Source of the DNA: Eledone cirrhosa | Lineage: Eukaryota | DNA length: 64,000 nt | Direction of reading: 5' to 3' | NCBI GenBank assembly: GCA_964016885.1 | Contig: OZ024743.1 | Span: 334,924,001-334,988,000 of the forward strand | Shown here: piece after piece, positions 48,123 through 63,865 of the stretch | Layout: each line of letters begins with the position of its first letter | Position numbering within the stretch: the stretch's first letter is position 1 | Notes under the pieces: model-generated | What the model was told of the DNA's origin: nothing | Databases searched by the model: none | What the model saw: the letters and a program-made list of their open reading frames with translations, nothing else | Position numbers and translations under genes: made by a program

Positions 48123-48436
48123 TATATATAAGTATATATATATGTGTTTGTGTGTACATATATATATATATACATGTATGTATATTTGAATACATATATA
48201 TATACTCATCTGCATATATATATATATATATTTAAAAAAATAGAGGCGTAACATTAGAGCAACCATCACGGGCGCCCTATCTCAAAATTATTTTTGAAAA
48301 GCATTAGAAATGGGCAACTGGTGAAAACATAAAACTAAAACTGAATACTAACCAATACTTATTACTAATTTTTACTTATTCCTAATGAAACTATTTTTCA
48401 CTGGGAACAATTTGTCAGCATTTTCTTTTCCATTTA

Positions 48437-48506
<70 letters not shown>

Positions 48507-48596
48507 CCCATAGTCACAGATAAATGAATGTATAATGTTAACCTAATCTACTGTGTAAAAAAATGCCTCCTGTGTTCTGTTAATTTCATTTATTAA

Positions 48597-48842
<246 letters not shown>

Positions 48843-48919
48843 TACCCACTCTACTACCTCAAGTATTGAGTACTTTGGTGCGTTATGGTCCACCTGGTTC
48901 CTTACCACATTTCCTTCGT

Positions 48920-48957
<38 letters not shown>

Positions 48958-48959
48958 TC

Positions 48960-49031
<72 letters not shown>

Positions 49032-49038
49032 ATAAATA

Positions 49039-49091
<53 letters not shown>

Positions 49092-49102
49092 ATATATATG
49101 CA

Positions 49103-49206
<104 letters not shown>

Positions 49207-49719
49207 ACTGTCTTTATCCCATTGCAGAAACTAATTAGTTGGAGTGAAAATTTAAGTAAATAAGTAAAAGATTTTTTAAAAATTTTTTAAAAAATATTTT
49301 CATATTTTACGTCTTTTATATTAGTGTTCTGCACCCTCCTGCATTGAACCACCTAGGTACTATGACATAACCTGTGTATTTGCTGGCATGGACGTGCATC
49401 TGTGCGCCTATGTTAGTTGATATATTAAATTATCTATATTTATCTCCAAATCACTGATTTGTCGAGCAAACCTGCCAAAACCACTTCAAAATTTTTTTTT
49501 TTGGGGTGTTAGTAGGCGTCAGTCATCTTACCATCCCATTCCTTCTAACTGGCCTCTATGTCACGTGATTGATTCTTTAGAATCGGACATTTGACTGGAA
49601 GCAGTGAGAATTTCAGTACATAGAATCCAGTCCTCGCCTAGCTGTTCTTTCTACCGAATTATTATTTTTATATGAGCCGCTAGTGTCCGCGCATTGCCTG
49701 GAGGCTCAGCTGAGAATAG

Positions 49720-49801
49720 ACTCCCTGATGACGCAATGAATTCTCGACAGTTGGATTATGTAACTGTCTTTAACCCATTGCAGAAACTAATTAGTTGGAG
49801 T
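49720..49801 (+). ncRNA. Type I hammerhead with expanded stem II (family B, copy 1)
   Basis: actcc CTGATGA c gcaatg ..gacagtt ggattatgt aactgtc.. cattgc a GAAAC TAATTA GTT ggagt. Confidence 0.87.
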
Positions 49802-50272
49802 GAAAATTTAAGTAAGTAAGTAAAAAATTTTTTAAAAATTTTAAAAAAAATATTTTCTTATTTTACGTCTTTTATATTAGTGTTCTGCACCCTCCTGCAT
49901 TGAACCACCTAGGTACTATGACATAACCTGTGTATTTGCTGGCATGGACGTGCATCTGTGCGCCTATGTTAGTTGATATATTAAATTATCTATATTTATC
50001 TCCAAATCACTGATTTGTCGAGCAAACCTGCCAAAACCACTTCAAAATTTTTTTTGGGGTGTTAGTAGGCGTCAGTCATCTTACCATCCTATTCCTTCTA
50101 ACTGGCCTCTATGTCACGTGATTGATTCTTTAGAATCGGACATTTGACTGGAAGCAGTGAGAATTTCAGTACATAGAATCCAGTCCTCGCCTAGCTGTTC
50201 TTTCTACCGAATTATTATTTTTATATGAGCCGCTAGTGTCCGCGCATTGCCTGGAGGCTCAGCTGAGAATAG

Positions 50273-50354
50273 ACTCCCTGATGACGCAATGAATTCTCGA
50301 CAGTTGGATTATGTAACTGTCTTTATCCCATTGCAGAAACTAATTAGTTGGAGT
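50273..50354 (+). ncRNA. Type I hammerhead (family B, copy 2)
   Basis: Same motif 553 bp downstream. Confidence 0.87.
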
Positions 50355-50425
50355 GGAAATTTAATTAAGTAAGTAAAAAATTTTTTAAAAATTAAAAAAA
50401 AAAATATATATTTTCTTATTTTACG

Positions 50426-50479
<54 letters not shown>

Positions 50480-51208
50480 CTCCGTCACTCCTATGTGGAA
50501 AAAGTACGTTGAGTGCTCGAATCGAATTGCATCAATATTTACCCTAATAATTGTTTCTACTTTTGGCACAAGGCCAGCAATTATCCCACACTAATAATAT
50601 ATTATATCTTATATATATATATATACACAGGCAGCAACGGGCCTCTAATCTACACATTCACTGCATTATCTGATACTTACAATATATATCTTTTACACCT
50701 TCACTCCGTAAACAACATCTTGATGTACAGTAATTCTACAATATTACTTCCGGATATTAAAACACACGAATGAAGGCAAACATGTTTCCCACCTATATTT
50801 TCATATCAATTTAGGTATATAACATAATCAAATTCACTAAGACCAGTAAAAATCCAGCAGTTATTTAAGATGATGGAGAAAATTCATCACTCATTATATA
50901 CTGATATCACCACTTCTTGTCACTTTCAAAGTCATGCAAAGCTTTTAGAGAAATTTTATCCGAGATTAAACAAAGAAATGTATTCCTTATTATATATAAT
51001 AAAATGTGCATTAAACTAACTCTTGCTGGCAAACCACTATGTATGTTAGTTAGGTTTGTAACTACACTTACAGGCGGCGTGTCGTTGGAAGCACTCAATG
51101 CTGTTACGAGGTCCGTCTCGTGTGGGTTGTATTGCAGAGTTAAGGCGGCAGTAGTGTGCAGAGGGTAAATAGAATAAGCAGAATCAAAGTCGGTGTGTGT
51201 GTGTGTGT

Positions 51209-51280
<72 letters not shown>

Positions 51281-51431
51281 GAATAATGAATATATATATA
51301 TATGTATTAAAACATAAAATGGATATTTCCAATCTGGCCGTTGTTTTAATTAAATAAATGAATGTATATATATATATACACACACACAAACACACACACA
51401 TATATATATATATACACACACACAAAAACAG

Positions 51432-51497
<66 letters not shown>

Positions 51498-51772
51498 CTG
51501 TGTGTATTTAAGTAATTGATGGTTTTCACGGCTAAACATAGAAAGTAATTTGTTTGAACACAGAGAAATCTCCCTTTAAGACACTTAAGCTTCAATAAAT
51601 CAATATATTTAATTGTGCAAAATGTCGGTCGTCGTTCTTACAGATAATTTATAACATTACACCTATGCCATTCCCTCCAACATTGCGATTCATTTTGTCC
51701 TCTGAACACGAACATCGTGTTCTCTGTCACAAGAAGAATGTGTAACAATGTATGAGTGTGAAAGTGCGTATG

Positions 51773-51832
<60 letters not shown>

Positions 51833-52033
51833 ATTAAGACTAAATAATGTATCCTGTTACTCTGGAATTTCGCATTATTTAGCCTTAATACATTGAATAC
51901 TAAAACTATTTTTGTATTGAGTACGCCTTTCTTGCACCCATCAACCATATATATATATATTGTTATGCTTTGGGAGGGTCATGTTGCCAATAAGAAACAC
52001 ACGCACCAGCTGCTTTCACTACAATTTATTATA

Positions 52034-52395
52034 AATTAAATTCATAAATTTAAGAATTTATAAATTTCCAGTTGGTTGGTTGGTTCTTGAAACAGACGAT
52101 TGTCAAAGTTCTTCCGTCACACGTTCTGTGACCTCTTCAGTGACTGGGGATACTTTTCTTTGTTTTTGTGCCTCTCCTTTGTTCTGTCCTACGCCATCTT
52201 GTTTGGCGTAGGACAGATGGCGTAGGGCAGAACGAAGGAGAGGCACAACATCAAAGAAAAGAATCCCCAGTTACTTAAGAGGTCACATAATGTGTGACGA
52301 AAGAACTTTGACAATATATGAACAATCGTCTGGTTGTGGAACCAACCAACCAACCAACTGGAAATTTATAAATTCTTAAATTTATGAATTTAATT
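52034..52395. repeat. Imperfect ~165 bp inverted repeat of a hammerhead-bearing 3' end, with central hairpin
   Basis: Arms 52034-52198 and 52215-52395; consensus gtca CTGAAGA ggtcac..gtgac GAAAG AA CTT tgac. Confidence 0.85.
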
Positions 52396-52462
52396 GATAA
52401 AACAATATCGGTTTCAACACACGTTTTCAGAAAAAGTATCTTGCTAAACAAATTTAGAAACG

Positions 52463-52512
<50 letters not shown>

Positions 52513-52541
52513 CCCATTATTTTAATTTATATTCCTTTGAA

Positions 52542-52661
52542 GTTCCGATGAGCCACTCTGTTTTTTAAATATGTTAATTATTTTCAACTGAACCAGATCA
52601 ATTATGATATATAGTCATCTGATCCAGAAATATTATATGGAGTAGCGAAACAATTGTAAAC
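52542..52661 (+). ncRNA. Hammerhead-like motif, CCGATGA core, ~95 nt stem II region
   Basis: gtt CCGATGA gccactc ... gagtagc GAAAC AATT GTA aac. Confidence 0.6.
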
Positions 52662-52962
52662 GGACATTATTATTATTAATATTATTATTCTCTACATTCC
52701 TTACATCAAACTAAAATATGTTGACAATCTTTTAATAATGTCTTCCTTGCGAAGTTTGTGGTTGTGTTTTGCTTAACTAATGAATATTTCCAGCTCTGCG
52801 CACCTAACTTCTGCATGAACCCAGCCACCTAGCTGCTTTCTACTGCATATTGCACATTGAGCACATGCCTTTACGCTTTGGCTTCTAACTAACTCACCAA
52901 TCTCTCCTCTCATATCTCCTCTACTATCTACATCTCTCTCTTTAAGATTGGTTACTCTTGAA

Positions 52963-53155
<193 letters not shown>

Positions 53156-53184
53156 ATAGTATATATGTATGTATATATATATAT

Positions 53185-53230
<46 letters not shown>

Positions 53231-53246
53231 GTATATGTATATGTAT

Positions 53247-53337
<91 letters not shown>

Positions 53338-53341
53338 TTTC

Positions 53342-53399
<58 letters not shown>

Positions 53400-53424
53400 T
53401 TTCTCTCTCTATATATATATATAT

Positions 53425-53489
<65 letters not shown>

Positions 53490-53493
<4 letters not shown>

Positions 53494-54266
53494 CTTCGGA
53501 CGATATTTGTTCGCAAGTTAGTCTTCATCACTTGTTCGATCGCACTCGATAAACCCGCCATTGGCTTTGATGACGCCCTCAAGGCGGCCACGGAACCAGC
53601 TACAGGCCTTCGTCACGGTCCCCGACTTAGGCCCCTAAAGGCACTTGTGGTCCAGGCCTTCAGATCGTCTTTCGTATTACAGCTAGATCTGTTGGTGTCT
53701 CGTTTCACTGCGCCCCACACAAAGAAGTCGAGGGGGTTGCAGTCAGGCGAGCTGGGAGGCCAGATGCCAGGTGAAGTGTGGTCGACGAAGTTCTCTGACA
53801 GCCAGGCTTGGGTCTTTCGGCTGGTATGGCAGGGCGCTGAGACTTGTTGCCACACGTACGGCCTACCTGCAGCTACCTGGTCGATCCAGGGCTTTACTAC
53901 CTCGCCCAGAACGCGGATGTAGCCATCGGTGTTCAGCTTGAGGTCCTCAGGGAAGAAGTGAGGTGGCATGTGTCACCTTGACTGCTGAAGACTATTAAGA
54001 CCAATGTTGTCGCTGGAAATTTTGTCTGCATGACTCTGGGCACGCCTTTGGATGAGACAGCGAGCCACCTGTTGTTCTGGGAGTTGATCTTCTAGTCTTA
54101 TTTGTCCTCCCGGCGTGGATTCCAAGAAATCCGTGTCTCTTCTACAAAGTTGGAGGTTCAAAATTATTCATAATCAATTATTCAAAAATAAATAATAGAA
54201 ATATAGTCACTGTTTTTATTTGCATAAAATTAGCAGTTGACAATTGCGAATAAATATCCTCCGCAG

Positions 54267-54270
<4 letters not shown>
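53490..54270 (-). mobile_element. Internally deleted Tc1/mariner element (DD37D/maT-like)
   Basis: Imperfect ~27 bp TIRs at 53490-53516 and 54244-54270. WQQVSAPCH...[16 protein letters not shown] has 37 residues between the second (mutated to V) and third acidic positions. Confidence 0.88.
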
Positions 54271-54334
<64 letters not shown>

Positions 54335-54632
54335 ATAAACTCATCAATCAATTTCAGGGGATAATTTGTAAAGAATGTAAACACACCTAGTTACGGAGGT
54401 AACATTAAAAATTAACAAGAATCTTGAAGATAGTTATACCTTACAAAAATTATTAATCTCGTTTTTATATATTCCATTGAAGAAATATATTTCACCATTA
54501 ATCGGTAAATCATAGATGTTAATGTTGATAAATGCTCGGATTTACTACTTGGAATTTTTAATCTTATTCCACAGGTGGTATGGCGCGTGCTTATGATATT
54601 CTCAGACCTGGCATATTTAATTTAATTTTGGT

Positions 54633-54725
<93 letters not shown>

Positions 54726-54737
54726 GTATATATATAT

Positions 54738-54885
54738 AATTATAAGAATAAATTAAAAGATGGTTAGAAAAGTTCCATGTATTTTATTATGGGCGTTTCA
54801 AAAACAAATATCATCCAGGGACGATATTTGCGTTCTCATCAGATAAAATAGGGAGACATGATATGAAGCTTAAAAAAAGACATTT
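54738..54885 (-). mobile_element. Solo 3' end of the 41-46 kb PLE family (hammerhead 54780-54850)
   Basis: Aligns by eye to 8455-8590; stem III mutated. Confidence 0.82.
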
Positions 54886-54905
54886 GTATATATATATATA
54901 TATAT

Positions 54906-55395
54906 ATATTTATTAAAATAACAGATTAAAGTTTAAGCAAAGAATCGCTGCTTTCACTCTTAACGGGATCTTTTGAAATTATAAAAGTCAAACTGTGAAC
55001 GCAGAAGTAAATATTTCAAAAAACGTTGCAACCGAACCGCTCCACATAATGACGCATTATCTTCGTTTTTTCTGTCCATTGCCAGAGAACCTCTCCATGA
55101 ACCACCTAATAGAAGATTAGTCTACGACTTCATTTATACCATAAACGTGGTTTTGTCTTTGCGTGTAATTGTTTTCACCGCTCCAAAAAATGACGTATTA
55201 TCTTAGTTTTTTTTTTTCGTTCTTTGCCAGGGAACGTTTCCACGAACCAAATTATCGTCTTCCTGTCTTCCTCCAGTTGCAACGTTTTTTGAAATATTTA
55301 ATTCTGCGTTCACATATTGACTTTTTTAGTTTCACCGTTACGGGTGAAAGCACAGATTCTTTGCTTAAACTTTAATCTGTTATTTTAATAAATAT
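54906..55395. repeat. Inverted repeat with ~125 bp arms around an internally duplicated spacer
   Basis: 54906-55032 vs 55276-55395; the arm start also occurs at 37958 and 39369. Confidence 0.85.
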
Positions 55396-55530
55396 TTGCT
55401 CTACGGTTCTTATATATTTGATATATATTTATCCTTATGGATTTTAGTCTTCAAATTTATTATTATTATTATATATATATATAGAAGGAATTAGTAACCC
55501 ACTCAGAACACAGGATTAACCCCGTTACTT

Positions 55531-55567
55531 TCCTCAGACGAAGAGATATTATCTCGAAATATCAGGA
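55531..55567 (+). ncRNA. Minimal hammerhead-like motif with CAGACGA core
   Basis: tcct CAGACGA a gagat att atctc GAAAT ATC agga. Confidence 0.6.
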
Positions 55568-55673
55568 TATATAAATGAAGTAAGGTAAAAGACTAATTAT
55601 CAGCGTTATCTTTTGCATTTATATTTATATTCTATATTGAAATCTGCATTGTTCTCGCCTTCTAACTTCAAGC

Positions 55674-55773
<100 letters not shown>

Positions 55774-55820
55774 AAAATGTGTGAAATCCTTTTTACAGTT
55801 ATTTGCAAAAAGAAAAAGAA

Positions 55821-56096
55821 TGACTTCACTTGTAGTTCTAAACAATTTGATTAAATTTTATAATATTCTGATTTGGTAGATCTAGTAAGTTCTTTGTTAA
55901 CATTAATGGAAAGATTTTTAAAGATTTCTGGTTAACTGAAATCAGTTAACGAATGTGAAAAGGTTCTCCAGGAAAGTTAAGCAGGAATCTTTAAAAATCT
56001 TCCCACCGAAGTTAACAAAGAACTTACTAGATCTACCAAATCATAATATTATAATATAAAATTAAATCAAATTGTTTAGAACAACAAGTGAAGTCA
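55821..56096. repeat. Inverted repeat (~117 bp arms) with junction hairpin; right arm interrupted by a SINE
   Basis: 55821-55937 vs 55975-56096; gttaactga-aa-tcagttaac at 55931-55950. Confidence 0.87.
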
Positions 56097-56287
56097 GGGC
56101 GGTGGATTGGCAGTATCGGTAGAAGGTCGGACGCCATGCTTTCCAGCATAGTTACGTCCCTTTACGATCTGAGTTCAAATCCCGCCGAGGTTGACTTTGC
56201 CTTTCATCGTTACGCGGTCGATAAAAAAAAAAGTACCAGTAATGCACTGGGTAATTGCTGGCCTTGTGCCTAACGTAGAAACAATTG
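56097..56287 (+). mobile_element. tRNA-derived SINE, full length
   Basis: gggcggtggattggcagtatcggtag..gagttcaaatcccgccgagg..gcctttcatc..gtcgataaa..ggccttgtgcc..tagaaacaatt. Confidence 0.87.
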
Positions 56288-56648
56288 TTTTCCTTTTTTC
56301 AAATATATAAGTATATATGTATTTTCTTGTGCGTGTGTCTCTCTCGCTATATGTATCTTTTTCGTCTTGAGTTATCCGATGGCCATGAGTCCTCGGTTGA
56401 TCATTGCAGCGCGCAGATCCGTTCTTTTCAGGACTGTGTCCATCTGGAAGATTGATTTCGAGGTGATATATGGCCGACCAACTCGCCGTTTAGCATCCAG
56501 ATGTCATAGGTGGACCTGGTGGACTCTACCTAACATGACACATCTGACACTGGTGACCAGAATTAACCCATTCCCATCGAGCAAGAGCGATAGATGAGCT
56601 GAAATATCCTGTATGTCTGCACATATAAATGTATGCTACGTGTATATA

Positions 56649-56686
<38 letters not shown>

Positions 56687-56789
56687 AGTTATTCCAGGCT
56701 GAATCGGAGATAACCACAGTAAGTTTTAATATAGAAGAGCTTCTACAGGACTAGAACTGTTTCATTCGTGAGAAATCACCAGAAAGCGC

Positions 56790-57900
<1,111 letters not shown>

Positions 57901-57994
57901 TTTACACTACTCCGGAGTAACCAAACCAACCTGCGCACTTCGTCGAGTGCTCCAGCCTGCATACTGAGGTGTTGGTATACAACCAACATAAACT

Positions 57995-58044
<50 letters not shown>

Positions 58045-58052
<8 letters not shown>

Positions 58053-58275
58053 ATACTTTGGGGGGATCATGTTGCCAATAGGAAACACACGCACCAGTTG
58101 CTTTCACTTCAATTTATTATATATTTATAAATTTATAAATATATAATAAATTGAAGTGAAACAACTGGTGCGTGTGTTTCTTATTGGCAACATGACCCTC
58201 CCAAAGTATAACAATATCGGTTTCAACACACGATTTCAGATAAAGAATCTTGCTAAACAAATTCAGAAACGAAAT
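58045..58275. repeat. ~173 bp palindrome (58045-58217) with unique 3' extension ending in (TA)n
   Basis: Arms ~86 bp; pieces of the same family occur at 51958-52033 and 52400-52466. Confidence 0.88.
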
Positions 58276-58329
58276 ATATATATATATATATTGTATATAT
58301 ATATATATATATGTATCATTATAGTGACA

Positions 58330-60385
58330 CTGTCACAAATATATGAGCAACACATACCATATCTCGAACAAACATACCCTACATGGGAACAGAACTATGT
58401 GCAGAATCCTTAACGATAGAAAAACTATTATTGGAAAAATAAGAATAGAAGAAAATCACCTAACTGAAATACTGCCAGCACCCACACACCGATATTGTAT
58501 TGCTCCAATGAAAAATGCGTAATTTTCAAAATTGAATAATGACCATCATAATAACTAAAGAACAATGGAGGTGGACTGGGCCATTGAGAAAATAAAACTC
58601 AATCCCAAATAAAGATTTTCATATACCAAAAATCTTATTCAGTCCTTGTGCCCGTTGTTGGCCCTTTGATTGGTGAAAATAATATTCTCAATAATCGTAA
58701 AACAAATGGTGAGATATTGCAGAAACAATCCTGATATGGCTGATCTGGTCTATATCAAGGGTGTTGACCAGCAACACACTACATCTAACATAACGTTTCG
58801 CACCACTGATATCTTGGTTCTTGGTGACATTAAACAAAATTAAGTCCAACTCATCTGTAGGCCTTGATAGGTTCGCTGCTAATGTTCTGATTGACTGTCG
58901 ACACCCATTGCATCGCTAATCTCTGGAACAACTCACTGGCGCAGGCATTATTCCTGAATAGTTTCTATCTAAATCTGTTCTCCCAGTTTTTGAATAGAGA
59001 AATAAGTGAATTACTGTCTGAACTCACTCATCTTTAATATCATTAAATTATTTGAAAAGAATGCCAAATGAGGAATAGCTCACATCGTCGAAAGCAATAA
59101 TCTGCTGAACTCCAACCGGCATGAGTTCCACCATAGCCGGGATTGCTTAACGCAGCTTCACTTTGATGACATCCTAAATGCTTTGGGAGAGGGCTTCAAA
59201 ACTAATGTTATATACCTTGATTTCAGCAAGGATTTTCGCAGGGTTGAACACTGCAACCTTGTGAAGAAACTATCCGATATTCAAGTCTGTGGAAAGCTAC
59301 AAGTGTGGATTAAGTATTTACTGGTTAAAGGAACCCAGCATGCTGTGATAGAAGAAAAAGGATGAAGCTTAGCGAAAGTCAGTAGTGGCCGCCAAAAAGG
59401 GATTGTGTTTGTGCCAACTTCTCTTCATTACTTATATCAATGACATTATTTACGTCTCCAAACATAGCAAAATAGGAATCTCTGCTGATAATTCCGCGCT
59501 TCAGAAGACCATCAATAGAGTAGGAGACCGGTCTTGCCGTCAATCGGATCCATTGCTTTTATCCAATGGGCGAAGCTAAAGCAATTTGCTAGTAAACAAG
59601 AATACATTTGAGTTAATCTAATTTGGAATACAGAATTCAAATAAATTGCCATATTCTCTTCCCTCCCTCGCCTAAAATCACCGGGGCATCAAACAATATC
59701 AGAGTGGTTTGAGTAATTGTGGATAACTTAGGTAGAGTACCCACATAAAAAACAAAGTTGTCATAACTTTCAGGATTGTTCTTGGATTTTTAGAACTTTG
59801 CCGACACATCTTTACTGTTGCCCACTGTGGTCTCCCCACACAAAACAAAGAATGATGAAAATTAAAGCCTCCCTCCCCTCCCCTGTGGTCAATTACATAC
59901 AAAACCTTGACTATTGGGGTCGACAAAACCTTAAACTCTACTCTCTCCAACACAATCGTGAACGCCATATCATTTGCATGATGTAGAACGTATTCTATCA
60001 ACATTGTGCAGATGATATTGGCATCAATTTTAAAATCTACCTAAGGTTTGGTTCCCTTGCTATGCGCCCATTTCAAAAATCGACCTTGCATTTCATAACA
60101 ACACAACTATTTCACCTCAACTGTTCCTAGTCTTTTTAATATTCTGCCAAAATACACCGAGACACAAAGGTCCCATAAAATTCAAAAAGTCCCTGGACAC
60201 GTCTTCCAAGATATTTTGAATAAACATTCTATACATGGATATGCCTCCGGAAACACTTTATTAGAGTAAGCCATGGTGTCCAAAATATGACTGACACATG
60301 ACGCATGATCTGAAGATTCCACCAGTCAATACTATTAAGTTAGACGTGGCTGGCCCAATACTGGCCGAAAACTATCAAAGTTATA
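58330..60385 (+). mobile_element. Degenerate CR1-group LINE, same family as 35721-36737
   Basis: NVIYLDFSKDF, LLFITYINDI..ISADNS, HLYCCPLWSPHTKQ; shared 3' end taagttagac.tggc..ggcc.aaaac..tcaaagttatat. Confidence 0.85.
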
Positions 60386-61364
60386 TAATATATATATATA
60401 TATAATCATTTTAAACGTCCGTTTAGAGCTAGTAAGCCATGACAGACTAGGAAAATATCGAGTACAGTTGGAAATCAATAAGAGCTTTTGAGACAAGTAA
60501 TAAATTGGTGTCGAAGACGAAAACGAAAATGAAAAAAAGTTGTATACATAACCTAGCTTATTGCACCAGAACTCAAGCGGAATAAGTCGTAAAAGCAAAG
60601 ACATTCAATGAGTAAGTTAGTTAATATAATCCCATGATGTTAATCTCAACTATAGAGCAGAATACTTGGTAATATCTTTATACGAATTTCGTTCGGCCCC
60701 ATGCAATTATACTATCTCATGTGCGTGATCATTTATCATTGTTGACATCTTGTTTCCTCTAACTTTGTCAACATTGACACGAAAAGCATCTCTTAGCATG
60801 CTGTCATTACATACCATTATATACCTGGGAATATATAATTAATCTATGGGAATGTTTGAGAATATTCAACAAACGTCTATGATTCCAACAGTTATCCGCT
60901 TCTCAGTTTGCGTATGGAAACTACTGAAAGCTATCAATGTTGACGTGACAATAAATATATTCAGTTGAGCAAACAAATAAGTCTGTCGCTCTGTCGAGAA
61001 GAAATCATTTATATGTTCTAAGTAAATATTTCATTTATTTCAATCAATTTAGTTTAATTTCCACAAACCATAATACTTATTGTAATAAATATGACAAAAA
61101 CAAATATGTTTTTCTCTCTGTATATATATGTTTCAATGAGATTTGTCATACTTTCAGCCAGATAACAGTCTACGATATTCCACTTTTCGTGAAATAAATG
61201 GGTTCCATTTGTGAGGCGGGCCCGCTGTGCTGCGAGCATTTTCTTTTTTGCAGTATTGTGGTATGCCGCGACCGGAAATTCACAGAAATACACTGCATAT
61301 GTTGACCGAGATGGGTCTCCTGATATGTATGTTGAATTATGTTAATTGATTTCTCCGACAAGGA

Positions 61365-61605
61365 GTAAGGGGGAAATAAGAGAGATAGGCTAATAGGAGA
61401 GAGAGAGGGTGATAGGGAGAGAGAGAGAGGGGGTGATAGGGAGAGAGAGAGGGGTGATAGGGAGAGAGAGAGGGGTGATAGGGAGAGAGGGAGGAGAGAA
61501 GGAGAGCGAGAGGAAGAGAGGGGGGGAGAAAGAGGAGAGAAAGAGGCGAGAAAGAGGAGAGAAAGAGGAGAGAAAGAGGAGAGATAGAGAGAGAGAAAAG
61601 AGAAA
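61365..61605. repeat. (GA)-rich tract containing ~21 bp tandem units
   Basis: ggggtgatagggagagagaga occurs about four times. Confidence 0.85.
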
Positions 61606-63299
61606 GTGTGTTCGTGCACGGAGAGGATAAAATATAACTTAAATAGGATGAAGATCATTAAAGACAGGAAAATAATTTGTCATCGATCACTATGACCAAT
61701 CGAACCCCATATCTCCTAGATACTAGCTAGGCGTTTTAAAAGCCTGTGTTTGTTTGTGTTCGTGCCTGGGTGCGCGCATCTGCGTCTATATGTTGTTACC
61801 TTGCAGTTCGTTATAGGTCCTTTCATCGACAATTTAACAGAAGAAACTAGTTCGGAAATTAAGTTGCCATATGTTTGCAATTTGACATTTACTTGTTTTG
61901 TTTATTGAGGATTACTTTAAGGGTACACATGTGCGTGGAATGCTGCTCTACCTTTTAAACGTTAATTTCACAAAAAGGTTTTTCGTTTTTCGAAAAGCTG
62001 GAACACTCATCGTCAAAATCGACGTAGCTCCTTTTTACTAATAAGAAATGCACTATTTAATTATATTTTCATAAAAAATATCTGGCTCATAGAAACACGT
62101 TAATTTTTTTTCTGCACGATTATTGTTTTAGTTAGAGGTAAAACAGCGAACAGGATAAAACAAAGTTTAAAATAATTCGTCTCCTTGTGTTGGAGCTCTT
62201 TCAGTTCCAACGGTTGCAACGGAATAGCCTGCTCTGGAAATTAATATGCAAGTAACTGAGCATTTCATAGACACGTGTACCCTTTATAGGATTCTCAGGA
62301 AGATTCAGCTTGACACTGTCTGTTTTTGCTAAGGCTGACCAATCAAATTAGAAATACAATATATTTTTGTCAGCCTAGTGGACTGAAGCAACGTGTCTTG
62401 CTTAAGAAACAGAACATGATATGCAGCTGGGAAGCAAGATTGGATTTAGACCTTGGGGCATTTTAGGTTTGGGGGCAGCCCTCATACACAAAAGATTAGA
62501 CCACACAGCCCAATTTCACATATCAAAGTTAGCTTGGCACAAGTAATTGGAATTGAAAAGTTATACATACAGGTATTAAATTCAAAACTTCTAACCATCC
62601 TAAAACTAAAAAGTCCAGTTAAGGGCACAAATAAATTGCTACAGCTGTCGCTGGTGGAGACCCCCCACTGCAGGGGGTCTCGGGGAAACGTCCCCCTTTT
62701 CCCTCATTAAATCCGGTTCTACTGGGAAGGATTCAAAGCCTACTGTTGTGAGCCGAACACCCTAGCCACTAAGCCACAAACCTTCAGAAATCAATGACTT
62801 AAATCAACTATTTTGAACCAGACGGAATGACATAAAACATTGTTTTGCTTATAAAACTGAACGGCTTAATTACTTGTTTATTTTTTTTTATTTAATAATT
62901 AATTTATTTAGTAATTTATTTGTTTATTTATTTATTGGAATAAAACCAATGATTATCAGTTAAATTTTAAATTTACTGTCACATGTAATCATCCCATTTC
63001 ATTTCCCTACAATTGAAGTGTTAGTTAATTATAAAAAAACGCAATCATACAAACAACATTATTTCTTCCCGACAAGTCGTCTGCTATTTCCAAGACGATT
63101 TACAGTTTTACTGATTTTGCCGATTATACGGAGAGGAGTGAAGTAAACGTGTTTTGACTATCAAGTAAGTGAATCAATTCGACTGCCGAGATTTGAATCA
63201 ACCGTTCATATATTGCTATGGGCGCTGTGCAGCATCAATCACCTAAAGTCATAACAAATCGAATGGAATGGCATGGAATGGGCCTTCTTCGGTTTCGAC

Positions 63300-63865
63300 G
63301 ATGAGTGTTTCAATTAACGGAACGCATACTCACAAGACTAATGTGTACGCTTAGTGTAATTCTCAGGGCGATTCAGTGTGACGTCGTGCGACAAGCGCGG
63401 GCTTTTGAATTATAGGTAGAATTATTTCGAAGGTGGAGTATTCCATATACTTATGAAAATAACGAATAAGTGACTGAGTATGCCACAGAGACGTGTACCC
63501 TTAGCGCAATTCTCAGGGAGATGCAGTTTAACGGCGTGTAACAAGGTACAGTGGTTTCGATGGTGAGTGTTCCAATCAACGGTACACGTGCTTATGAAAT
63601 GAAAGTTTAATTGGTTGGGTATGCCATAAACACGTGTACACTTAACGTTATTCTCAGGGAGATTCACTGTGACAGCGTGAGACAATGCCGGTTCATTTAA
63701 TTAGAGATAGAGAGGTTTTATAATGAGTGTTCCAAGCAACGGAACACATGCTTATGAATGGAACGTTTAAGTGACTGGGCATGCCACAAACACGTGTATG
63801 GTTATTGTAATCCTCAGAGAGAAGTAGTGTGACAGCGTGTCACAAGCAAGGTTCCTTGAACTAAA
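63300..63865 (+). repeat. Degenerate tandem repeat, ~130-160 bp unit, about four copies; related solo copy at ~62220-62340
   Basis: Recurring gagtgttccaa.caacggaacac.tgcttatgaa ... cacgtgtac.ctta.cgtaattctcagggagat.cagtgtgac.gcgtg. Confidence 0.8.

Noticed and set aside
62452-62726. Possible hAT-like transposon end
   Set aside because: Only one candidate terminus and no target duplication seen.
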